DNA of 64,000 bases, from contig JASGHJ010000002.1 in the NCBI GenBank assembly GCA_047602405.1, positions 3,008,001 to 3,072,000 on the forward strand, in the 5' to 3' direction. Of this stretch, positions 18,668-28,219 are shown piece by piece. A model generated the notes under the pieces. The model had not been told where the DNA came from and ran no database searches. It was given only the letters and a program-made list of their open reading frames with translations. The DNA comes from Anaeromyxobacteraceae bacterium (GTDB lineage: Bacteria; Myxococcota; Myxococcia; Myxococcales; Anaeromyxobacteraceae). A program made the position numbers and the translations under genes. Each line of letters starts with the position of its first letter. The first letter of the stretch is position 1.

Positions 18668-19440
18668 GGGGCCTTCCTCAGGCGCAAGGTGGAGACGGTG
18701 CAGCCGTCGCAGGCGAGCACGGGCTCGGGCCGGCGCGCCTGGGCGCGGAGGGCCTCGAGGAGCGGCGCCGCCTCGAAGGGCCTCGTCGAGAAGACCGCGA
18801 AGACGAACTCCGGGCCGGGCGCGTCGTCGAGCACGACGGAGCCGGGCAGGAACTCGCGCTGGCCCGCCTTCTGCGGGGCGGCCGCCCCGGCGCCGTAGGG
18901 GTGGAGCACCGCGGCGGCGCCGCGGCCGTCGAGCTCGAGCACGAGGAGGAAGCCGTCCTGCGGCGCCTCGTAGGAGAAGCGCAGCGCGTCGCCCGCCCGG
19001 ACGACCGCGTCGTTCGCGGCGAGCTCCGGCGCGCCCTGCCCGCCGCGCGCGACCGCGACGCGGAAGCCGTCGCCCTTGAGCGTGACCCCGGGGGACGTGG
19101 CCGGGCCGCCGAGGAGCCGCGGCGCGATCAGGGCGACGAGCGCGAGCGGGAGGGCGAGCCCGAGCGCGGGCACGAGGCGGCGGAGGAGCGGAGGCCGCGC
19201 CGGGGCGGCCGCGGCGCTCGCCTCGCGGCGCTCGAGCTGGCGCAGGAACCGGTCCGCGGGCCGGGCCCGGCGGAAGGCGTCGGCCTCGGCGCGGAGCGCC
19301 TGGAGCTGGGCCGCGCAGGCCTCGCAGCCGGCGGCGTGGGCCTCGACGCCGGGCGGCGCGGCCTCGCCGGCCGAGAGGGCCTCGAGGACGGCGGCCGGCG
19401 GACACGCCGGGCCGCGGACGGAGGGAGGGATCGGGCTCAT
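18664..19440 (-). CDS. Zn-finger anti-sigma factor with TM helix and DUF4384-like periplasmic domain
   Basis: HAAGCEAC (HxxxCxxC); TM helix; GDALRFSY...GSVVLDDAPGPE. Confidence 0.8.
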   Translation of the reverse strand: MSPIPPSVRGPACPPAAVLEALSAGEAAPPGVEAHAAGCEACAAQLQALRAEADAFRRARPADRFLRQLERREASAAAAPARPPLLRRLVPALGLALPLALVALIAPRLLGGPATSPGVTLKGDGFRVAVARGGQGAPELAANDAVVRAGDALRFSYEAPQDGFLLVLELDGRGAAAVLHPYGAGAAAPQKAGQREFLPGSVVLDDAPGPEFVFAVFSTRPFEAAPLLEALRAQARRPEPVLACDGCTVSTLRLRKAP

Positions 19441-19943
19441 GGCGTCATGCGCTCCATACCCTGCGACCACAGCTCCCGCACCCGCTCCTCGAAGCGCTGC
19501 AGCTTCTTGCCGATGGTCTTGCGCGAGTAGCCGGTGCGCTCGGCCACCTCCTCCTGCGTGTAGCCGTCGAGGTGGTGGAGCACGCCGATCTCCCGGGTGA
19601 CGGGGTCGAGGTCGCGCAGGGCGGCGCCCACGAGCGCGCGGCGGTCGGCGTCGGCGGGGTCGCCGGCGCCGCGCCGCTCGGCGGCCTCGAGGTCGTCCTC
19701 GCCGGCGACGGGCTCCTTGCCCCGGCGCTGGAGGAGGTCGAAGGAGACGTTCCGGGCGATGGTGTAGAGCCAGGAGAGCGTGGAGCCGTCGGTGGACGGG
19801 CTCGCGCCGAGCCGCTTGACCCTGAGGAAGGTCTCCTGCAGCGCGTCCTCGGCGTCGGCGGCGTTGCGCAGGAGCGCGAGGCACCGCCGGTGCACGAGGT
19901 AGCCGTACTGCTGGTAGAGCTGGGCGAACTTGTCGTCGTCCAT
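19437..19943 (-). CDS. ECF RNA polymerase sigma factor
   Basis: DAEDALQETF, SWLYTIARN and DGYTQEEVAE motifs. Confidence 0.92.
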   Translation of the reverse strand: MDDDKFAQLYQQYGYLVHRRCLALLRNAADAEDALQETFLRVKRLGASPSTDGSTLSWLYTIARNVSFDLLQRRGKEPVAGEDDLEAAERRGAGDPADADRRALVGAALRDLDPVTREIGVLHHLDGYTQEEVAERTGYSRKTIGKKLQRFEERVRELWSQGMERMTP

Positions 19944-20102
19944 GTCCGCACGGTGGCTCCTCCGATCGTCTGGACCGGAGGACGGCCTCTTCCTGGGAAC
20001 CCCTTTCCAGGAGCGCCCCACCTGTAGCGTTCAATCGCTCCGGTCGGGTAGAGCCCGAACAGGCCTGTTCCCACGATTTCGAGCCGGCCCGGTCTGCCGG
20101 GC

Positions 20103-21867
20103 ATGACCCACCACACCACCCACCGGCTGCTCCCGCTGCTCTCGCTGGGCCTCGCGCTCGCCGCCTGCGGCGGCCGTGACCCGGCCCCCACCCCCCTCCC
20201 GGTCGAGCCCGTCGAGCGCGTCGTCGACGTGCAGATCGACCCCTCCGAGGTCACCCTCGAGGTGGGCGAGACCGTCACGCTCGCGGCGCTCGTCACCACG
20301 GAGAGCGTCGAGCCTGCCCTCGGCGCCCGCGCGCTCGCGGCGGCGAACGATCCCGAGGTGACCTGGGCCTCCTTCTCCTCCCACGTCGCCGCCGTCGCCG
20401 CCGACGGGACCGTCACCGCGGTCGCGCCGGGCTCGTCGCTCGTGACCGCGACCGCGGGTGGCATCACGGCGCAGGCCACCGTGACCGTGCGCGACCCGGT
20501 GGTCGCTCCGCCGCCCATCGCCAGCGTCGAGGTCTTCCCGGCGACCTTCTGGCTCGAGGTGGGCCAGACGCGCGCGCTCCAGGCGGTCGCCTTCGACGCC
20601 AGCGGGGGCGTGGTCTCCGGCGCCGAGCTCACCTGGTCGTCCCTCGACCCCTACGTCGCGATCGTGGGCGAGGACGGCGTCGTCACCGCGCTCTCCGCCG
20701 GCCAGGCGACCCTGGAGGTCTCCGCGGGCGACGTGACCGCGACCGCGGAGGTGACCGTCACGAACGTCACGGACCCGGGCCCCGGCACGGTCGCCCGCGT
20801 GGAGCTCTCCGAGACCGTGCTCGCGCTCGCCGAGGGCGACGTGCGGGTCCTCACCGCGACCCCGGTCGACGCCGTGGGCGCGCCCGTGACCGGCCTCGCC
20901 GTCCGCTGGCAGACCTCCGACGAGGGCACCGTGTACGTCACCCCCGGCGGCGAGGTGCGCGCCGTCCGCGCCGGCGCGGCCGCCGTGACCGCGACCGTGC
21001 ACGGCAAGGTCGCGACCGCGAACGTCACCGTGACGCTGGAGCTCGACTCGGACCTCTTCTTCGAGGCGTTCTCGGCGGCGGCGGGCAAGTACGAGTGGCG
21101 GTCCCGCGACGTGCGCGACGCCGCGGCGTCCGACGTCGTCGTCATGGCCGGCGGCGCCGTCGAGGGGCGGCCCGTACCCTCCCCGGCCGGCGACCGGATC
21201 GCGTTCACCATGAACTCCGGCCTCAACCCGGCGCACCAGCTCCGCGTGGTCGACCTCCGCCGCCAGACGATTCTGGGTCCTCGACCTCCCTGGCGACGTC
21301 CTCGACGCCGCGTGGTCCTGGGACGGCGCGCACCTCGCGTTCGCGCTCCGGACGCCGGGGACCGGGCTCGACGTCTGGACCGTCCGCGCGGACGGCTCGG
21401 ACGCCCGGAACCTGACCGCCTCGCTCGGCGCGGCCTCGAACGAGACCCAGCCGACCTGGGCGCCCGCGGCGATGGGCAAGCTCGCCTTCACCCGCACGCT
21501 CGACGGCGCCTCCAGCCTCTGGACCGTCGACGCCGACGGCGCGAACCCCACCCGGCTCACGAACGGCCTCGCCGACGCCGATCCGGCCTGGTCGCCCGAC
21601 GGCAGCTCGATCGCCTTCCAGCGCTCCTCGATCGCGATCTTCGGCGACCTGTTCTTCGTGTCGCCCACCGGCGCCATCCAGCGCAGCCTGGTCGGCCGCA
21701 TCGGCATCCAGGGCCGCCCGGCGTGGTCGCCCGACGGCGCGATGGTCGCGTTCGTCGACGACCACGACCTCGCGACGGTCCGCAAGGACGGTTCGCTCGT
21801 CGCGAGGCGCACCTTCGACGCCGAGGCCACCGCGGAGACGCGGCCGGGGTGGCTGAAGAAGCGGTAG
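20103..21867 (+). CDS. Lipoprotein with three Big_2 Ig-like repeats and a TolB-like beta-propeller; +1 frameshift at ~21271
   Basis: Lipobox LAAC; WxSxD...V..DGxVTA repeats; PAWSPDG repeats. Removing one T at GATTC 21269-21273 joins the two ORFs (588 codons). Confidence 0.8.
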
Positions 21868-21888
21868 GCAGCCATTCCTGGGAGTGAA

Positions 21889-21923
21889 CCCTGGAGGGCC
21901 ACCGCGTGGCTGGCCCTCCAGGG
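21889..21923. terminator. 13-bp stem hairpin after the TolB-like gene
   Basis: CCCTGGAGGGCCA-N9-TGGCCCTCCAGGG. Confidence 0.5.
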
Positions 21924-22015
21924 GCGTTTCGAGGGTCGCAGGACGATCTGCCGCGCATCACGGCCCGCGGGGCTGCGCCTCTCATGTACGGGCGGAGAGA
22001 ACGGAGGAGGTCCCG

Positions 22016-22432
22016 ATGGCCATCCAGGCGAAGCGGGTCGTGGGCGGCGGGCTCGTCGCCGGGCTCGTGATCTGCGCGAGCGCGGCGCTCATGGTGCCGG
22101 TGGTCGGCGACGAGATGGCGGCCGCGCAGGCCGCGCGCGGCGTGCCGCCGATGGGGCCGGGGGCGATGGCATTCTTCTTCGTCTTCTCGCTCTCGCTCGG
22201 CGTGCTCGTGGTCTGGCTCTACGCGGCGCTCCTGCCGCGGTTCGGCCCCGGGCCGCGCACCGCGCTCCTCGTGGCCATGATCCTCTGGTTCCTCACGAGC
22301 TTCTCGTCGAGCGCCGCGAACGTCGCCTACGGCTTCATGCCGCTCGGCCTCACGGTCGTCGGGATGACCTGGGGGCTCGCCGAGCTCGTCCTGGCCGCGC
22401 TCGTGGGCACGAGGCTGTACCGGGAGGCGTGA
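22016..22432 (+). CDS. Four-TM membrane protein
   Basis: GGAGG RBS; WLYAALLPRFGPGPRTAL motif. Confidence 0.75.
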   Translation: MAIQAKRVVGGGLVAGLVICASAALMVPVVGDEMAAAQAARGVPPMGPGAMAFFFVFSLSLGVLVVWLYAALLPRFGPGPRTALLVAMILWFLTSFSSSAANVAYGFMPLGLTVVGMTWGLAELVLAALVGTRLYREA

Positions 22433-22437
22433 GACAC

Positions 22438-22471
22438 GAAGGCCCCGGTCGCTCGCGCGGCCGGGGCCTTC
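22438..22471. terminator. Bidirectional terminator-like hairpin
   Basis: GAAGGCCCCGGTCGC-TCGC-GCGGCCGGGGCCTTC between convergent genes. Confidence 0.65.
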
Positions 22472-22497
22472 TCACCTCTGGAGCAGGTGCGCCGGAC

Positions 22498-23622
<1,125 letters not shown>

Positions 23623-23720
23623 GCTGACCTTCCCTTCTGAGCGATGAGGTGCGTGGGACTGCATCGTGCTGATTCGACTGTGCCGCTTGCAGGCGGTGCT
23701 GCGGTTGACGCGGCCCGTGT

Positions 23721-24641
23721 TCACCCGCCGGGGAAGAACGGCTTCCCCAGCGAGGCGGGCATGTTGAGCCGGATCCAGAGCGGGTTCCGGGAGATGAGGA
23801 CGAGGACCACCACCGTCGAGAGGTACGGGAGCATCGCGAGGAACTGGTTCGGCACCTGGACGCCCTGCGTCTGGAGCGCGAACTGCAGCATCGTGACGCC
23901 GCCGAAGAGGTACGCGCCGAGCAGCACGCGCGCCGGCCGCCAGGTGGAGAAGACCGTGAGCGAGAGCGCGATCCACCCGCGCCCGCCCACCATGCCCTCG
24001 CTCCAGAGCGGCGTGTAGACCGTGGAGATGTACGCGCCGGCGAGGCCACAGAGCGCGCCGCCCACCACCACCGCCCCGAGCCGGATCCAGCGCACCGGGT
24101 AGCCGAGCGCGTGCGCGGAGGATGGCGACTCGCCGACCGAGCGCAGCACGAGCCCGGCGCGGGTCCGGTAGAAGAACCACGCCGTCGCGCCGACCATCGC
24201 GATGGTCAGGTAGACCATCCAGTGCTGGCGGAAGAAGGCCTCGCCGACCCAGGGGAGGTCGCGCAGCCCCGGCACGCCGACGATCTCGGTCTCCACGATC
24301 TTCTTCCCGACGTAGTCGAGGCCGACGAAGGCGGAGAAGCCGTTGCCGAAGAGGCTCATGGCGAGGCCGGTCGCGTACTGGTTCGTGTTGAGCCAGATGA
24401 CGAGCCAGCCGAACGCCGCCGCGGCCACCGCGCCCGCGAGGACGCCCGCGCCGAGCGCCATGCCCGTGCTCGCGGTGTGGAACGCGACCGCGAAGCCGGT
24501 GACGGCGCTGATGAGGAGCATGCCCTGCGCGCCGAGGTTGAGGATCCCGGCGCGCTCGTTGATGACCAGGCCGAGCCCGGCGATGGCGAGCGGGGTGCCG
24601 GCCGAGAGCGTGGTCGCGACGAGGCTCGCGAGCTGGTTCAC
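23721..24641 (-). CDS. Nucleoside ABC transporter permease
   Basis: ERAGILNLG, GRGWIAL and MLPYL motifs; GTGA overlap. Confidence 0.9.
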   Translation of the reverse strand: MNQLASLVATTLSAGTPLAIAGLGLVINERAGILNLGAQGMLLISAVTGFAVAFHTASTGMALGAGVLAGAVAAAAFGWLVIWLNTNQYATGLAMSLFGNGFSAFVGLDYVGKKIVETEIVGVPGLRDLPWVGEAFFRQHWMVYLTIAMVGATAWFFYRTRAGLVLRSVGESPSSAHALGYPVRWIRLGAVVVGGALCGLAGAYISTVYTPLWSEGMVGGRGWIALSLTVFSTWRPARVLLGAYLFGGVTMLQFALQTQGVQVPNQFLAMLPYLSTVVVLVLISRNPLWIRLNMPASLGKPFFPGG

Positions 24642-25753
24642 GGCGCGGCCCCCTCCGCCCGGGCGGGCCGCGGCGCCGCCCGGACCGGCCGGTCGAGCAC
24701 GATCCGGTAGTGGATGAGCGTGTCGAAGGCGAGCAGCGACACGAGGAGGACGCCCTGGAACACGCCGCTCACCGCCGAGGGCAGGCCGACGCGCGACTGG
24801 GCGAGCTCGCCGCCGCGCATGAAGGCGGAGAGGAGCACGCTGCCCAGGATGGCGCCCAGCGGGTGGAGGCGGCCCACGAACGCGACGATGATCGCGGTGA
24901 AGCCGTAGCCGGAGGCGACGTGGGGCGTGAGCTGGTTCATCGGCCCCGCGACCTCGAAGCCGCCCGCGACGCCGGCGAGGCCACCCGAGACGAGGAGCGT
25001 GGTCCAGACCGCGCCGCGGGCCGAGAAGCCCGCGTAGCGCGCGGCCGCCGGGGCCGGGCCGCCGACCTGCAGCTGGATGCCGCGGTAGGTCCGGTAGAGG
25101 AAAATCCACATCGCGACCGCCGCGACGAGCGCGACCGCGAAGCCCCAGTGGAGCCTCAGGCCCGGCACCACCCGCGGCAGCTCGGTGCCCGACGCGAAGC
25201 TCATGGTCTGGGGGAAGTTGAACCCCATCGGATCCTTCCACGGCCCGAAGACGAGCCAGGAGAGGAAGAGGTCCGCCACGTAGACGAGCATCAGGCTGAC
25301 GAGGATCTCGTTCGTGTGGAAGCGGTCGCGCAGGAACGCGACGATCGCCGCCCACGCCGCGCCGCCGGCCGCGCCGGAGAGGATGACGAGCGGGAAGAAG
25401 GCCCAGCGCCCGACCGGGATCTCCGCGGTGGTCACCCAGAGCGACAGGCCGCCCGTCGCGATGGCGCCCATGAGGTACTGCCCCTCGGCGCCGATGTTCC
25501 AGACGTTCGCGCGGAAGCAGAGCGCGAGGCCGATGGCGGTGAGGACGAGCGGCGTGCACTTGAGCGCCAGCTCCGCGAGCTCGCGCCGGCCGTGGAACGG
25601 CTCGACGAGGAACATCGAGAGCGCGCGGACGGGGTCCTTGCCGAGCGCGGCGAAGAGCACGCCGCCGACCAGGATGGTGAAGAGGATGGCGACCGCCGGC
25701 GAGAGCACGCTCCACTTGCCGGAGGGGAGCTGGCGGGCCTCGAGGCGGATCAC
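24638..25753 (-). CDS. Nucleoside ABC transporter permease
   Basis: WNIGAEGQ, NEILVSLML and GYGFTAIIVAFVGRLHP motifs. Confidence 0.9.
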   Translation of the reverse strand: MIRLEARQLPSGKWSVLSPAVAILFTILVGGVLFAALGKDPVRALSMFLVEPFHGRRELAELALKCTPLVLTAIGLALCFRANVWNIGAEGQYLMGAIATGGLSLWVTTAEIPVGRWAFFPLVILSGAAGGAAWAAIVAFLRDRFHTNEILVSLMLVYVADLFLSWLVFGPWKDPMGFNFPQTMSFASGTELPRVVPGLRLHWGFAVALVAAVAMWIFLYRTYRGIQLQVGGPAPAAARYAGFSARGAVWTTLLVSGGLAGVAGGFEVAGPMNQLTPHVASGYGFTAIIVAFVGRLHPLGAILGSVLLSAFMRGGELAQSRVGLPSAVSGVFQGVLLVSLLAFDTLIHYRIVLDRPVRAAPRPARAEGAAP

Positions 25754-27306
25754 GGGGTCACCTGCTCGCCGCCGGGCGGCGGGGGCTGGACCGGCTGGGA
25801 GCCCGGGCCGCCGGGCCACAGGCCGCTCATCCACTCGCCCACCTGCTCGACCGTGGCCTGCTCGGCCGGGATGGAGGGCGAGAGCCGCCCCTTCGCGATC
25901 ACGTAGAGCCGGTCGGCGATGGCGAAGAGCTCCTCGAGCTCCTCCGAGACGAGCAGCACCGCGCAGCCCGCGTCGCGCAGCGCGAGGAGCTCGGCGCGGA
26001 TCTGGGCGGCGGCGCCGACGTCGACGCCCCAGGTCGGCTGCGCGACCATGAGCAGCTTCGGCACCGCGTCGAGCTCCCGGCCGACGATGTACTTCTGCAG
26101 GTTGCCGCCGGAGAGGCTGCGCGCGACCGCGCCCGGGCCGGAGGCCTTCACCCAGTAGCGCCGGATGACGCCGGTCGCCTGCTCGCGCAGGGCGCGCCGG
26201 TCGATCCAGCCGAGGGCGCGCAGCGCCTCGTTGCGGGTGAGGAGCAGGTTGTGGGCGAGCGAGAGCGAGGGCACCGCGCCGCGCCCGAGCCGCTCCTCCG
26301 GCACGAAGTTCATGCCGAGCTTGCGCCGCTGGGCCGCGCCGAGCCGGCCGATGGCCTTGCCGAAGAGCCGGACCGCGCCCTCCTCGGCGCGCGGGTCCTC
26401 GCCGGACAGCGCCGCGAGGAGCTCCTGCTGGCCGTTGCCCGACACGCCCGCGATGCCGGCGATCTCGCCCTGGCGGACCTCGAGGGAGATGCCCTCGAGC
26501 GGCACCGCGAAGCGGTCGAAGCGCGCGAGGTGGAGATCCCGCACCTCGAGCGCGACGTCCCCGAGCTTCGCGGGCTTCTTCTCGATGCGCGGCGGCTCCG
26601 CGCCGATCATCAGCCGGGAGAGGCTGGCGGTCGTCTCCTGCGAGGGGTCGCAGGTCGCGACGACCTTCCCGCCGCGCAGCACGGTGCAGCGGTGGCACAG
26701 CGCGCGGATCTCGTCGAGCTTGTGGCTGATGTAGAGGATCGAGACGCCGCCCGCGGCGAGCTTGCGGAGCGTGACGAAGAGCTTCTCGACGGCCTGCGGG
26801 GTGAGCACCGAGGTCGGCTCGTCGAGGATGAGGAGCCTCGGGTCGGCGAGCAGCGCCCGCACGATCTCCACCCGCTGCCGCTCGCCCACCGAGAGCACGT
26901 GCACCGGCTTCGCGGGGTCGAGGTCGAGGCCGTACTGCGCGGCCTTCTCCTCGATGCCCCGGACCACCGCCTCGAGCGGCACCTTGCGCGAGAGCCCGAG
27001 CCAGACGTTCTCGGCGACGGTGAGCGTGTCGAAGAGCGAGAAGTGCTGGAACACCATCGCGATGCCGAGCGCGCGCGCCTCGTGCGGGCTCTTGATCTGG
27101 ACGGGCCGGCCCTCCCAGCGGATCTCCCCGGCGTCGGGGTGGACCGCGCCGTAGACGATCTTCATCAGCGTCGACTTGCCCGCCCCGTTCTCGCCGAGGA
27201 TGGCCTGGATCTCGCCCGGTGCGACGGTGAGCGACACCTCGTCGTTCGCGGCGAGGTCGCCGTAACGCTTCGTGACGCCCAGGAGCTCGAGGCGGGGAGC
27301 CGACAT
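25750..27306 (-). CDS. Nucleoside ABC transporter ATP-binding protein (two ABC domains)
   Basis: GENGAGKST, LSVGERQR, LILDEPT and LSGGNLQK motifs. Confidence 0.92.
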   Translation of the reverse strand: MSAPRLELLGVTKRYGDLAANDEVSLTVAPGEIQAILGENGAGKSTLMKIVYGAVHPDAGEIRWEGRPVQIKSPHEARALGIAMVFQHFSLFDTLTVAENVWLGLSRKVPLEAVVRGIEEKAAQYGLDLDPAKPVHVLSVGERQRVEIVRALLADPRLLILDEPTSVLTPQAVEKLFVTLRKLAAGGVSILYISHKLDEIRALCHRCTVLRGGKVVATCDPSQETTASLSRLMIGAEPPRIEKKPAKLGDVALEVRDLHLARFDRFAVPLEGISLEVRQGEIAGIAGVSGNGQQELLAALSGEDPRAEEGAVRLFGKAIGRLGAAQRRKLGMNFVPEERLGRGAVPSLSLAHNLLLTRNEALRALGWIDRRALREQATGVIRRYWVKASGPGAVARSLSGGNLQKYIVGRELDAVPKLLMVAQPTWGVDVGAAAQIRAELLALRDAGCAVLLVSEELEELFAIADRLYVIAKGRLSPSIPAEQATVEQVGEWMSGLWPGGPGSQPVQPPPPGGEQVTP

Positions 27307-27335
27307 CGGTGAGGGGAACCTTCTACACGACTGCT

Positions 27336-27385
27336 GTGCCGTGCTGCGCGACTTCGTGCCGTGCTGCGCTACTTCGTGCCGTGCT
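27336..27385. repeat. 20-bp tandem repeat (2.5 copies) spanning the gpt stop codon
   Basis: GTGCCGTGCTGCGCGACTTC / GTGCCGTGCTGCGCTACTTC / GTGCCGTGCT. Confidence 0.85.
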
Positions 27386-27950
27386 TGATCGGGGAGACGA
27401 ACCGGTAGTCGATGTCCCAGGGGAAGTAGATCCACTTCTCCTGCTTGAACTCCTTCACGAACGTGTCAACGATCGGGCGGCCCAGCGGCTTCGCGTAGAG
27501 CGTGGCGAAGTGGGCCTTCGGGAGCTTCTTGCGGACCGCGGCCGCGGTCTTGCCCGTGTCGACGAGGTCGTCGATGAGGAGCCAGCCCTCGCCGTCGCCC
27601 TCCACGCCCTTCAGCCAGCGCAGCTCGCCCTGCTGCTGCTCGGCCTGGCCGCCCTCGCCGGCGCCGTAGGAGACGATGCAGACCGTGTCGATGAGCCGGA
27701 TCTCGAGCTCGCGGGCGACGAGCGCCGCCGGGACGAGGCCGCCGCGGGTGATCGCGATGATGCCCTTCCACTCGCCGAGGCCGTGCAGCACGCGGGAGAG
27801 GTAGCGCGCGTCCCGGTGAAGCTCGGGCCACGAGATGACGATCTCGTCCTTGTACGGGGAGCCCGAAACGCCCTCACCCGCCTCGCCAGCAGCCGCCTCG
27901 TCGTGTCCCGAGGAGCCGCCGGCGGTCGGGTCGTTCGACCGTTGCGCCAT
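27369..27950 (-). CDS. gpt: Xanthine-guanine phosphoribosyltransferase
   Basis: ITRGGLVPA, LIDDLVDTGKT and WIYFPWD motifs. Confidence 0.92.
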   Translation of the reverse strand: MAQRSNDPTAGGSSGHDEAAAGEAGEGVSGSPYKDEIVISWPELHRDARYLSRVLHGLGEWKGIIAITRGGLVPAALVARELEIRLIDTVCIVSYGAGEGGQAEQQQGELRWLKGVEGDGEGWLLIDDLVDTGKTAAAVRKKLPKAHFATLYAKPLGRPIVDTFVKEFKQEKWIYFPWDIDYRFVSPIKHGTK

Positions 27951-28219
27951 GGACCCTTCTAGGCACTCCGTCTGACACGGACACCCGTCCCGGCCTGCGG
28001 CCTTTCGTCACGCTCCCCCGGTCCGCGAAGACGGAGTTTTCCGCCCCGAGGTGTACGTGCGCGTGGGAGCCGGGCCTGCCCCGGACCCTATGTAAGTATC
28101 TGGAACGAAAGGGCTTTCAACCCGATGGCGGGTTGCGAGGGCCTGCCCCCCTGCACCATGGTGCGGTGTCAGGAGCGCCGGGGGCATCCACTTCGCCCGG
28201 CCCCGAAGGTCCCGAACCC

